Of a stretch of DNA of 64,000 bases, positions 8,730 to 17,609 are shown piece by piece. This stretch comes from Thermoanaerobaculia bacterium. Its GTDB lineage: Bacteria; Acidobacteriota; Thermoanaerobaculia; UBA5066. Within the stretch, counting starts at the first letter, position 1. Each line of letters opens with the position of its first letter. Position numbers and translations under genes: made by a program. Location: assembly GCA_963816185.1 (NCBI GenBank), contig CAWFJJ010000029.1, positions 1 through 64,000 of the forward strand, given 5' to 3'. The notes beneath the pieces are model-generated. The model worked only from the letters and a program-made list of their open reading frames with translations. It ran no database searches and was not told where the DNA came from.

Positions 8730-9017
8730 CTATCGGGCCGGCCGTCTCTCGCGGTAGCAGTCGCGGCAATAGACGGGCTTGCCGTTCGTCGGGTTGAACG
8801 GCACCTGCGTCGTCTTGCCGCACGCGTCGCACGTCACGTTGTAGAGCTGGCGCGCGCCGCCGTCGCCGAAGCCGCCGGTCTTGCGCTTGTCGCGGCAAGC
8901 CTTGCAGCGCTTGGGCTCGTTCGAGAATCCCTTTTGCGCGTAGAACTCCTGCTCGTTGGCCGTGAACGTGAAGGGGGCGCTGCAGTCGATACAGGCGATG
9001 GTCTTGTCCGTGTACAT
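8730..9017 (-). CDS. Zinc-ribbon / CxxC-x17-CxxC domain protein
   Basis: MYTDKTIACIDC...EQEFY...NEPKRCKAC and CDACGKTTQVPFNPTNGKPVYCRDC. Confidence 0.9.
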   Translation of the reverse strand: MYTDKTIACIDCSAPFTFTANEQEFYAQKGFSNEPKRCKACRDKRKTGGFGDGGARQLYNVTCDACGKTTQVPFNPTNGKPVYCRDCYRERRPAR

Positions 9018-9344
9018 CAGAGCTCCAGAGAAGGTTTCCGATTCGGGATCGGAGAACCGTGAGGAAATCGCGGGCACGGCTCCACGTGGAGCAGCGGCCG
9101 CCGGGTTGGGATGAGGGAAACCTTCACCGGCTCCGGGACTTCAGGAGGCTTCGGTGGGGCCGTTTCCCAGATGGGGCCCCGGGGGTTGGAAATAGGGGGA
9201 ACCTCCTTGACCAAGACCTTCCGGCCGTGACCTCACGGCGGTGACGACATCGGGGAATGCTTCCGCGAACTCTCCCTGGCGTTATCGATCAATGAGAAAC
9301 AAGAACGCCCACAAAAGCAAGAGAAAAATTGAAGAGAATGTTTC

Positions 9345-9677
9345 TCATTCGAGCCGTACGCGGTCGGTGAGGCGCGTTCCATTTATGGTGACAGCCCCCT
9401 CGAGCAGGGCGGGCCCTCTTATCTTCTTCACGGGCAGAAGGGTTTTGGCGTCCACGACGTCGAGGGCGTCGACTCTCAAGAGGGGCTCCATCTCGAGCGC
9501 CCGGCGCGCGGCCGCCAGGATCTTCCCCGCCTTGCGCTCTCCGAGGGCGTGAAGAAGCTGGCCCGCCAGGAGGGCGCGGAAAAGAGCCGGCGCAGCCTCG
9601 CGCTCCTCGGGTGAAAGCCGGGCGTTCGCCGGGGAAACCGCGAGGCCATCGCTCTCGCGCTCCGTCGGGGCTGCCAT
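9345..9677 (-). CDS. Stand-alone pantoate-beta-alanine ligase (PanC) C-terminal domain
   Basis: PTERESDGLAVSPAN.RLSPEER...TRLTDR matches the PanC C-terminus; the N-terminal HxGH domain is absent. Confidence 0.7.
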   Translation of the reverse strand: MAAPTERESDGLAVSPANARLSPEEREAAPALFRALLAGQLLHALGERKAGKILAAARRALEMEPLLRVDALDVVDAKTLLPVKKIRGPALLEGAVTINGTRLTDRVRLE

Positions 9678-9681
9678 GGCA

Positions 9682-10344
9682 TCACTTCTTCGAGCCGCGC
9701 GGGACGTAGATCTGGGTGCCTCGGAAGGGGCGGAGAACCTGCGCGATGAGGTCCTCGAGGTCGCCCTTCCGCTCGACGAAGTCGATCTCGTTCGTCTCCA
9801 CGACGAGGAGCGGGCAGTCCCGAAAATGATAGAAGAAGTAGTTGTACGCCTCGACGAGCGACTTGAGGTACTCGGGCGCGATCGTCTTCTCGTAGGCCCG
9901 TCCCCGCTTCCGGATGCGGCCGAGACAGGTCTCGACGCTCGCCGTGAGGTGAACGACGAGGTCGGGTCGCGGGACGCTCGCGGCGAGCGTGGCGTAGAGC
10001 TTGTCGTAGAGCGCGATCTCCGCGTCGTTCAGCGTGAGGTACGCGAAGATCTTGTCCTTCGCGAACGTGTAGTCCGCGATCACGAGGTTCCGGAAGAGGT
10101 CGATCTGGGCGATCTCCTGCTGCTGCCGATAACGCGAGAGCAGGAAATAGATCTGGGTCTGGAACGCCGCGCCTTTCTTTCCCGCATAGAAGTCCGCGAG
10201 GAAGGGGTTCGTGACGTCCTCGAGGATCTGCGTGCCGCTGAAGCGCTTCGCGAGGAGCCCCACGAGCGAGGTCTTTCCGACGCCGATCGGGCCTTCGACC
10301 GCGATGTGACGAAGAGGGAATTCCTTCGGGGTGGGCGCCGGCAC
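9682..10344 (-). CDS. Deoxynucleoside kinase
   Basis: IAVEGPIGVGKTSL P-loop, FLLSRYRQ, RGRAYE lid. Confidence 0.92.
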   Translation of the reverse strand: MPAPTPKEFPLRHIAVEGPIGVGKTSLVGLLAKRFSGTQILEDVTNPFLADFYAGKKGAAFQTQIYFLLSRYRQQQEIAQIDLFRNLVIADYTFAKDKIFAYLTLNDAEIALYDKLYATLAASVPRPDLVVHLTASVETCLGRIRKRGRAYEKTIAPEYLKSLVEAYNYFFYHFRDCPLLVVETNEIDFVERKGDLEDLIAQVLRPFRGTQIYVPRGSKK

Positions 10345-10356
10345 GAGGCGGCGAGT

Positions 10357-11211
10357 TTAGCGCCTGAAGAGAACGTCGCCGGCGCCACAGAGGAAGACCG
10401 CGACCGACAACCACCCGTTCGCCGTGAAGAACGCGCCGTTCACGCGTGAGAGGTCCTTCTCCGAGACGAGGACGTGCTGGCGGACGAGGAAGACGCCCGC
10501 CAGGACGACGCCGGCGCCGAAGAGAGGGCCGCCCCGGACGAGGACGAAGACGCCGTAGAGGAGCGCGAGCGAAGCCGCATGGAAGACCGTCGAGAGATCG
10601 AGGGCGCGGCGGGCGCCCAGACGCGCAGGCAGCGAGAAGAGGCCGTGCGCCCGGTCGAACGCCTCGTCCTGGAGGCTGTAGATCACGTCGAACCCCGCGA
10701 CCCAGAAGAGAACGGAAAGGCCGAGCACGACGGGAGTCGCCGCGAACCGCCCGGTCACGGCGATCCACGCGCCAACGGGCGCGATCGCGAGGCCCAGCCC
10801 GAGGGCGAGATGCGAAAGGGCGCTCAGGCGCTTCGTGAAGGAGTAGCCGAAGACGATCGCGAGCGCGAGCGGCGAGAGCGCGAGGCACAGGGGGTTCAGG
10901 AACCAGGCGGCGAGGACGAAGACGGCGGCCGAGAGCACGCAGAAGGCGGAGGCGGCCGCCACCGAGACCGCACCCGCCGGAATCTCGCGCCGGGCGGTGC
11001 GCGGATTCTCCGCGTCGACGTCCCGGTCCACGATCCGGTTGAAAGCCATCGCGGCCGAGCGCGCGCCCGCCATCGCCACCAGGATCCCGAAGAGCGTCCG
11101 GAGCTCGGGCGCCCCCCCGGCCGCGAGCACCGCCGCGAGCAGCGCGAACGGCAGCGCGAAGATCGTGTGTGAGAACGTGACGAGGGAGAAGAACCTCTTC
11201 ACGGAGGTCAC
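10357..11211 (-). CDS. ubiA: UbiA-family prenyltransferase (MqnP-like)
   Basis: HTIFALPF, AMAFNRIVDRDVDAENPRT, GFDVIYSLQD; GTGA overlap with ubiX. Confidence 0.9.
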   Translation of the reverse strand: MTSVKRFFSLVTFSHTIFALPFALLAAVLAAGGAPELRTLFGILVAMAGARSAAMAFNRIVDRDVDAENPRTARREIPAGAVSVAAASAFCVLSAAVFVLAAWFLNPLCLALSPLALAIVFGYSFTKRLSALSHLALGLGLAIAPVGAWIAVTGRFAATPVVLGLSVLFWVAGFDVIYSLQDEAFDRAHGLFSLPARLGARRALDLSTVFHAASLALLYGVFVLVRGGPLFGAGVVLAGVFLVRQHVLVSEKDLSRVNGAFFTANGWLSVAVFLCGAGDVLFRR

Positions 11212-11831
11212 GTGCCGCCCGTCCAACGGTAGTCGGCCGTGTCGATTTTCAGCTCGAGGAGGTCCGCCACGCGCAGCAGGTACGCGTCGAGGAGATCGTC
11301 CGCCTGGCGCGCCGCGTAGAAAGCCGGCACGACGGGCGCGACGATGCCGCCCGCCCGCGTGACGCGCACGATGTTCTCGGCGTGCACGAGAGACAGCGGG
11401 GTCTCGCGCAGTCCCAGGACGAGCCGGCGCCTTTCCTTGAGGCAGACATCGGCCGCGCGCTGCAAGAGGCCCCGCGACGTGCCGTGCGCGATCGCCGCGA
11501 GCGTTGCGGCCGAGCACGGCAGGACGGCCATCCCGCGCGTGAGGAACGAGCCCGAAGAGATCGGCGCATCCACGGCGCTTTCGGCGTGCAGCACGACTTT
11601 CGCGCGCGCCGCCTCGCCGAGTCCCGCAGAGTCGAGTAGCGCTTCGACGGACGTGATTCCCGGGCCGATCTCCGCGCGTGCCACGAGGAGCGCGCGCGGC
11701 GACACGACGACGTGAAGGTGCTCGACGTCCGGCGAGGAGGAAAAGAGCGCGAGCGCGCGCAGGCCGAGGCGCGCGCCGCTCGCTCCCGAGATGCCGAGGA
11801 TCAGGTTGTGCTCCCCTCTCGCCGCCGTCAT
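11208..11831 (-). CDS. ubiX: Flavin prenyltransferase UbiX
   Basis: GISGASG, ISSGS, RAADVCLKERR, RETPLS, PAFY motifs. Confidence 0.93.
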   Translation of the reverse strand: MTAARGEHNLILGISGASGARLGLRALALFSSSPDVEHLHVVVSPRALLVARAEIGPGITSVEALLDSAGLGEAARAKVVLHAESAVDAPISSGSFLTRGMAVLPCSAATLAAIAHGTSRGLLQRAADVCLKERRRLVLGLRETPLSLVHAENIVRVTRAGGIVAPVVPAFYAARQADDLLDAYLLRVADLLELKIDTADYRWTGGT

Positions 11832-11903
11832 CGCTCGATTGTCCTACGCGACAGCTTTTCCTGTCGCCTTCGCCCCATTTCGTGCGGGAGAGGAGAAAAG
11901 ACG

Positions 11904-11993
11904 TTCTTAGAAGGGAATAGGGCAAACGGCGGCGGGACGCGCGACAGGGGAAGTTGTCGCACACGGGCAGCGCCCGAAATCCCTTTCTAAGAA
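11904..11993. repeat. Intergenic inverted-repeat element TTCTTAGAAGG...CC(T)TTCTAAGAA, copy 1
   Basis: TTCTTAGAAGGGA at 11904 and TCCCTTTCTAAGAA at 11980; the same ends occur at 30350-30428. Confidence 0.6.
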
Positions 11994-12008
11994 GAACTCT
12001 TCAGCCAC

Positions 12009-12052
12009 CAATCAGTTGAGCGGAGTGTTTCATTCCCGGCACCGCTCGTGCG
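12009..12052 (+). promoter_or_regulatory. Putative sigma54 promoter (CGGCACCGCTCGTGCG) with upstream IHF-like site for comEA
   Basis: GG-N10-GC at 12038-12051; CAATCAGTTG (CAA-N4-TTG) at 12009-12018. Confidence 0.5.
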
Positions 12053-12192
12053 ATGCGCGGGGGCAGAGGTGATCGATGAGCTAGGCGACGACACGCGCAC
12101 CCGGGCGCGCCCGGGATTCAGCGGAAGGAACACATCGAAACCCCGAATGTCCTGAATTTCCACAACGAAAGCCAACCTGAAAGGAGTTTCCA

Positions 12193-12606
12193 ATGGTTCT
12201 CCGTCCAATCGTCCGCGCGCTCGTCGTGCCCGTCCTCGGGCTCTCGCTCTCCGGCCTGGCCTCGCATCCGGCCGTCGCCGAGGGCGAAGCCCCGGCCTCG
12301 CGCAACGTCGTCAACATCAACCAGGCGACCTCGGTCGAGTTCACGCACCTGCCGCGCGTCGGCCCGAAGCTCGCCGACCGGATCGTTGCGCACCGCAAGG
12401 AGCACGGCCCGTTCCAGCGCATCGAGGACCTTATGGGGGTCAAGGGCATCGGGGAGAAGTTCTTCTCCACGCTGAGGCCCTATCTCGCTGTGACCGGCCC
12501 GACGACGCTCGTCGAGAAGGTGTCGTCGAAGGGGTCGCGAGGCACCTCCAGCAAGGCGAAGACGAAGAAGTCAGGTACGCCCGCCCCGAAGAAGGCGAAA
12601 GGCTGA
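12193..12606 (+). CDS. comEA: ComEA-family helix-hairpin-helix DNA receptor
   Basis: Signal peptide; VNINQAT...LPRVGPKLADRIV...GPFQRIEDLMGVKGIGEK; AAGGAG SD. Confidence 0.9.
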   Translation: MVLRPIVRALVVPVLGLSLSGLASHPAVAEGEAPASRNVVNINQATSVEFTHLPRVGPKLADRIVAHRKEHGPFQRIEDLMGVKGIGEKFFSTLRPYLAVTGPTTLVEKVSSKGSRGTSSKAKTKKSGTPAPKKAKG

Positions 12607-12667
12607 CGGAGAAGGGCGGCCCGCGCGGAGCCTCCGCCGGGCCGCCCGCCTCCTCTTGCGAAGCAAG

Positions 12668-13258
12668 ATGAACATGCGCGGCACGTCCCTCCCCGAGCTC
12701 GTCGTCGTCCTTGCGATTCTCGGGCTCGTCTTCGCGCTCAGCCTTCCGCCCTTCACCGACTTCCTCGCGGAAGAGGGGCTCGCCACGGCGGCTCGCGAGG
12801 TCTCAACGATCTTCATGGCGGCCCGCGACCGCGCCGTCTTTCAGGGCGTCGACGTGGGCGTGAAATGGACGAACGGCGGCGGAGACCTCGTCTTGTCCGT
12901 CCATCAGGACGGGAACGGCAACGGCGTCACGACCGCCGACGTCAAGAAAGGCATCGACCGCCTCGTGGCCGGCCCGTACTGGATGCACGGTAAGTACCCC
13001 GGCATCACGTTCTCGTTCGTCCCCGGCTTCAACGGCCTGGATCCCGGCGGCGCGCCGATCGGCAGCCTGGCCGATCCTCTGCGCTTCGGGAAGTCCGACA
13101 TCTGCACGTTCTCGCCTCTCGGCAAAGCCTCGCCCGGCTCGGTCTACCTCTCGAACAGAAAGAGCCGACAGGCGGCCGTGCGCGTCACGCCCGCGAACGC
13201 GAAGATCCAGATCTTCACGTGGCACGGCAAGTCCCTGAAGTGGATCAAGAGATGGTGA
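12668..13258 (+). CDS. Type IV prepilin-like protein (GspH/FimT-like)
   Basis: RG|TSLPELVVVLAILG prepilin cleavage/methylation motif with E5. Confidence 0.85.
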   Translation: MNMRGTSLPELVVVLAILGLVFALSLPPFTDFLAEEGLATAAREVSTIFMAARDRAVFQGVDVGVKWTNGGGDLVLSVHQDGNGNGVTTADVKKGIDRLVAGPYWMHGKYPGITFSFVPGFNGLDPGGAPIGSLADPLRFGKSDICTFSPLGKASPGSVYLSNRKSRQAAVRVTPANAKIQIFTWHGKSLKWIKRW

Positions 13259-13263
13259 CCGTC

Positions 13264-13986
13264 TCAGTGGGCGGCAAGCGCGGCTTCGGCCGCGGCGAGC
13301 CGCTCGCGCGTCCCGAGATCGAACCAGAAGCCGTCGGCGGGCGTGACGTACGGAACGAGCGCGAAGGCGCCGTCGCCTGCGCGCGCGGAGGGCGCGAGGA
13401 CGTCCTTCGCGAGCTCGGCGAAGCCCGGCGGAATGCGCGTGACGAGCGCCGGGTTCGCGGCCTGGAGGCCCGTGAAGAGCCAGGGCCCGCCGGCGCTTCC
13501 GGTCGGACGCTCTCCTCCGACGGCGAGGAGCCGCCCGCGCGCGTCGGACCAGAGCGGCGTATCGACGGCGGGATTCTCGTTCGGGAGGACGGCGAGCGCC
13601 GAGACGACCCCGGGCTGGTGGCGGGCCGCGAGAAGGCGTCCGAGCGGGAGCGTCGTCGCGACGTCTCCGTTCGCGACGAGGAAAGGCCCGGTCCCGAGAA
13701 GAGAACGCCGGTGCGCGAGGCGGATGCCTCCGGCCGTGCCGAGGATCTCCTCCTCGAACGACCATGCGACGGGGACGCCCTCGTAAGACTCCCCGACGGT
13801 GCCGCGCATCTCCTCCGCGAGATGGTGCACGTTCACGGCGAAGGCCTCCGCCCCTTGCCCGAGGAGATGGTCGAAGACGTGAAACAGAATCGGACGGCCC
13901 GCGAGCGGGAGGAGCGGTTTGGGCGTTGCGCGTGTTTCGGGGCGAAAACGCGTGCCGAAGCCGGCCGCGAGGACGAGAGCGATCAT
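13264..13986 (-). CDS. Sugar-phosphate nucleotidyltransferase (MurU/GCD1-like)
   Basis: LAAGFGTRFRP...PKPLL, NGD, WFDLGT motifs. Confidence 0.88.
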   Translation of the reverse strand: MIALVLAAGFGTRFRPETRATPKPLLPLAGRPILFHVFDHLLGQGAEAFAVNVHHLAEEMRGTVGESYEGVPVAWSFEEEILGTAGGIRLAHRRSLLGTGPFLVANGDVATTLPLGRLLAARHQPGVVSALAVLPNENPAVDTPLWSDARGRLLAVGGERPTGSAGGPWLFTGLQAANPALVTRIPPGFAELAKDVLAPSARAGDGAFALVPYVTPADGFWFDLGTRERLAAAEAALAAH

Positions 13987-14018
13987 CCAGCCTGAAGGAT
14001 AGCCTCACAATACGGGCC

Positions 14019-15686
14019 GTGCCCGGCCCCATCCGCTACCGGCTCTCCGGCGTGCGCGCCCGCGCACCGAAGAGCGTGGACATCCCCCTCGTTGCGCGCG
14101 TGCTCGGCGTCCCGCCCGAAGGTCTTTCCGATCTCATTCTCGTGCGCCGCTCGCTCGACGCCCGGCAGAAGCCCGCGCTGTTCTGGGATCTCACGGTGGA
14201 GTTCTCGTCGGAGGCGCCGCTCGCTCCGCGCCTTTCCCAGCCCCTGCGCCTGTCCGAGGCACCGCCGGCCCGCGGCCCGGAGCTCCTGCTTCCTCCCGCC
14301 CCGCGCACGGCAAAGGTGGCCATCGTCGGGACGGGGCCCGCCGGGCTGTTCGCGGCCCTCGCCCTCGTGGATGCCGGCATTCCCGTCACGGTCCTCGAGC
14401 GCGGAGACCCGGCCGAAGACCGGTATCGCGCGGTCATGAAGTTCTGGACCTCCGGCGTCTTCGACCCCGAGTCGAACGTTCAGTTCGGAGAGGGCGGCGC
14501 CGGCACGTTCAGCGACGGCAAGCTGACCTGCGGCAAGAGGCACGACAAGATCGCGGTCGTCCTCGAGACGTTGCACCGCTTCGGGGCGCCCCCATCGATC
14601 CTCGTCGACGCCAAGCCGCACATCGGCACCGACCGGCTCGTCGTCGTACTGCGCAACATCCGCAAGCACCTCCTCGAGCACGGCGCGACGCTTCGCTACC
14701 GCGCGAAGGTCACGGATTTCGCCACGAAGAGCCCGGACAACCGGCTCGCGGCTCTGACCCTGGCGTCGGGAGAGGAGATCCCGACGGAGCTCGCGATCCT
14801 CGCGCTCGGCCATTCCGCGCGCGACACGATGGACGTGCTCCTCTGCCGCGGCGTCGCGATGACACGCAAGCACTTCGCGATGGGCCTGCGCATCGAACAC
14901 CCCCAGGACGCCGTGGACCTCATCCAGTACGCGCAGCTCTCGTCGGCGTGCGGCGTGATGCCCGCCGACTACAAGCATGCCCACGTCGCATCGAACGGCC
15001 GCGGCATCTACACGTTCTGCATGTGTCCGGGCGGCGAGGTCATCGCGTGCTCGTCGGAGCCTTCAGGCGTCGTGACGAACGGCATGTCGCGCTACAAACG
15101 CTCGTCGGGCTATGCGAACGCGGGCCTCGTCGTCCAGACGCGCGATGAGGACTTCGACGCGCTGAAAGGCGAGCCGCTTTTCCGGGGCCGCGACCTCCAG
15201 CGCCGCGTCGAGGAGGCGGCGTTTCGCGCGGCCGGCGAAACGTACGCGGCCCCGGCTCTCCGCGTCACGGATTTCCTGAAGAGTCGCACCGCCCGCATCT
15301 CCCCGCGCGACATCCCGCCGACAACGTACGGCCCCGCGGCCGTCCCGTGCCTCTTCGACGGCATCCTGCCCGAGCCTTACCTCGAGGCGCTCGCCGAGGG
15401 CCTGCGCGTCTTCGACCGGAAGATGCCGGGCTTCATCTCCGACGAGGCCGTCCTCCTCGCCCCGGAGTCGCGCACCTCCTCGCCGGTGCGCATCGAGCGG
15501 AACGGCTGGTGCGAGTCGCCGACCGTCCCCGGCCTCTTTCCGGCCGGCGAGGGCGCGGGCTTCGCGGGCGGGATCGTCTCGGCCGCGCTCGACGGCCTGC
15601 GCGTCGCCGCGCACGCGCGCGCGAAGCTCGCGGGCGAGCCGCTGCCGCCCGAGAAGACGACGACTTACACGGGGCCGGAGTACTGA
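14019..15686 (+). CDS. FAD-dependent oxidoreductase (uncharacterised family)
   Basis: GTGPAG, GEGGAGTFSDGKL, FCMCPGG, GEGAGFAGGIVSAA motifs. Confidence 0.88.
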   Translation: MPGPIRYRLSGVRARAPKSVDIPLVARVLGVPPEGLSDLILVRRSLDARQKPALFWDLTVEFSSEAPLAPRLSQPLRLSEAPPARGPELLLPPAPRTAKVAIVGTGPAGLFAALALVDAGIPVTVLERGDPAEDRYRAVMKFWTSGVFDPESNVQFGEGGAGTFSDGKLTCGKRHDKIAVVLETLHRFGAPPSILVDAKPHIGTDRLVVVLRNIRKHLLEHGATLRYRAKVTDFATKSPDNRLAALTLASGEEIPTELAILALGHSARDTMDVLLCRGVAMTRKHFAMGLRIEHPQDAVDLIQYAQLSSACGVMPADYKHAHVASNGRGIYTFCMCPGGEVIACSSEPSGVVTNGMSRYKRSSGYANAGLVVQTRDEDFDALKGEPLFRGRDLQRRVEEAAFRAAGETYAAPALRVTDFLKSRTARISPRDIPPTTYGPAAVPCLFDGILPEPYLEALAEGLRVFDRKMPGFISDEAVLLAPESRTSSPVRIERNGWCESPTVPGLFPAGEGAGFAGGIVSAALDGLRVAAHARAKLAGEPLPPEKTTTYTGPEY

Positions 15687-15688
15687 GC

Positions 15689-17605
15689 TTGCGCCGCGTC
15701 CTCGTCGGCACCGCCGGCCACATCGATCACGGCAAGAGCGCGCTCGTCAACGCGCTCACGGGGACGGATCCCGACCGCCTGCCGGAGGAGAAGGCGCGCG
15801 GCATCACGATCGACCTCGGTTTCGCGCATGCCGTGTGGGACGACACGACTTTTTCGTTCGTGGACGTGCCCGGGCACGAGAAATTCGTGCGCACGATGGT
15901 CGCGGGAGCGCAGGGCGTGGACGTCGTCCTTCTCGCCGTCGCCTCCGACGACTCCGTCATGCCCCAGACGCGCGAGCACCTCGACATCCTGAAGCTCCTC
16001 GGCCTGACGTCCGGGGTCATCGCCCGGACGAAGAGCGACCTCGTCGACGCCGAGACGGGCGCGCTCGTCGAGGAAGAGATCCGCGACCTCGTGAAAGGCT
16101 CCTTTCTCGCGAACGCCCCGATCGTGCCCGTCTCCGCGTTGACCGGCGAAGGGCTTCCCGTCCTTCGCCGTCTCCTCACCGAGGCTGCGGCGCGCGTCGC
16201 GCGCGAGGACCGGAGCCGCCGCACGGCCCGAGTCTTCCTCGACCGTGCCTTCACGATGAAGGGTTTCGGCCCCGTCGTGACGGGCACGCTCGACGGAGGG
16301 CGTCTCGCGCCCGGGGACCTCCTGACACTCTTCCCCGAGGGTCTGGACGTGCGGGTGAGGCGGCTCGAAGTGCACGGCGAGGAGCGCGCTCACGCGGAGG
16401 CCGGCGAAAGGACGAGCCTGAACCTCGCCGGCGTCGAGCGCGCGACGTTGCGCCGCGGCCAGGCCCTCGTCGCACGCGGAGGTTTCGAACCTTCCTCGGT
16501 TCTCACGGTCGAAGTCACGTGGCTGCCCTCCGTCAAGGCGCCGATCAACGACGGGGCGCGGCTGCGTGTTCATCTGGGAACGGCCGACGTCGCGGGCCGC
16601 GTTCACCGCGTCGGGGTGAATCTCGAAACGGCAGACCGCGTCTTCGCTTCCGGCTCGACCGGTTTCGCGCAGATCACGCTGGACGTGGCGTTGCCCGCGC
16701 GCCCCGGCGACCGCTTCATCCTCCGCCGCCCTTCTCCGGCCGAGACGGTCGGTGGCGGGCGCGTCCTCGACGCCGGCCGGCCGCGCCTGAGACGCCGGAG
16801 CGGTGCGGAAGTGGACCGCGCACTCACCGTCCTCGAGAAGGGCGACGAGAGGGATCTCGCGGAGCTCTTTCTCCTGGAAGCGGGCCCGGCAGGCTTCACG
16901 GCCGCGCGCCTTGCTCCCCGCCTCGGCGTTCTTCCCTCCTCGGCGGCGAGCCTGCTCGACGCGCTCGCCTCCTCCGGAAAGGCCCTTCGCATCGCGCCCG
17001 CGCTCTATGCGCACGCGGGCGCCGCCGCTTCTCTCGCCGAGAGGGCTTCGGCGGCCTTCACCGAGCGGAAAAAGAGCGGCACCGGGTCCGTTTCGTTCGG
17101 CAAGAGCGAGTTTGGAGAGCGCCTGGCCAGGGGTCTGTCGCCCGCCGCCCTGGACGGCTGGATCGCGGTCCTCGCCGCGTCGAAGAAGGTCGCGCTCGAC
17201 GGCGATCGAGTTGCCCCGCCCGGCGCGAAGGCGGCCGATCTCGAGGGGGCTGCCGCATCTTTCGCCGCGAAGATCTCCGAGAGCTATCGCGCCGCGGGAT
17301 TCGAGCCTTCGAAGCTCTCCGATCTCGCGGCTTCCGTCGGCACGAAGCCCGCCGTCGTGGACGGCCTCGTCTCACACCTCGTGAAGTCCGGAATCCTCGT
17401 CCGTCTCTCGCCCGACCTCGTCGTCCACCGCGACGTCGCCGCGGCGGCGGAGAAGAAGCTCGAGTCGGTGCACGGGCAGACGCTCTCGGTGGCCGGCTTC
17501 CGGGATCTTCTCGGGCTCACGCGCAAGACGCTCATCCCGCTGCTCGAGTACTTCGACGCGAAAAAGCTCACCCGGCGATCGGGCGACGTCAGAAAAGTCG
17601 AGTAG
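15689..17605 (+). CDS. selB: Selenocysteine-specific elongation factor SelB
   Basis: GTAGHIDHGKS, RGITIDLGF, DVPGHEKF; C-terminal winged helix GLTRKTLIPLLEYFD...TRRSGDVR; TTG start. Confidence 0.95.
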   Translation: MRRVLVGTAGHIDHGKSALVNALTGTDPDRLPEEKARGITIDLGFAHAVWDDTTFSFVDVPGHEKFVRTMVAGAQGVDVVLLAVASDDSVMPQTREHLDILKLLGLTSGVIARTKSDLVDAETGALVEEEIRDLVKGSFLANAPIVPVSALTGEGLPVLRRLLTEAAARVAREDRSRRTARVFLDRAFTMKGFGPVVTGTLDGGRLAPGDLLTLFPEGLDVRVRRLEVHGEERAHAEAGERTSLNLAGVERATLRRGQALVARGGFEPSSVLTVEVTWLPSVKAPINDGARLRVHLGTADVAGRVHRVGVNLETADRVFASGSTGFAQITLDVALPARPGDRFILRRPSPAETVGGGRVLDAGRPRLRRRSGAEVDRALTVLEKGDERDLAELFLLEAGPAGFTAARLAPRLGVLPSSAASLLDALASSGKALRIAPALYAHAGAAASLAERASAAFTERKKSGTGSVSFGKSEFGERLARGLSPAALDGWIAVLAASKKVALDGDRVAPPGAKAADLEGAAASFAAKISESYRAAGFEPSKLSDLAASVGTKPAVVDGLVSHLVKSGILVRLSPDLVVHRDVAAAAEKKLESVHGQTLSVAGFRDLLGLTRKTLIPLLEYFDAKKLTRRSGDVRKVE

Positions 17606-17609
17606 ATCG

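Noticed and set aside
11919-11975. Partial resemblance to a c-di-GMP-I riboswitch (GGCAAAC...GGGACGC)
   Set aside because: The GAAA tetraloop, the GCAAAGC continuation and the tetraloop receptor are missing. The region also lies upstream of the predicted promoter and inside the repeat element.
15689-17605. Selenoprotein genes or tRNA-Sec near selB
   Set aside because: No convincing in-frame UGA at a conserved Cys position and no tRNA-Sec were seen in the window.
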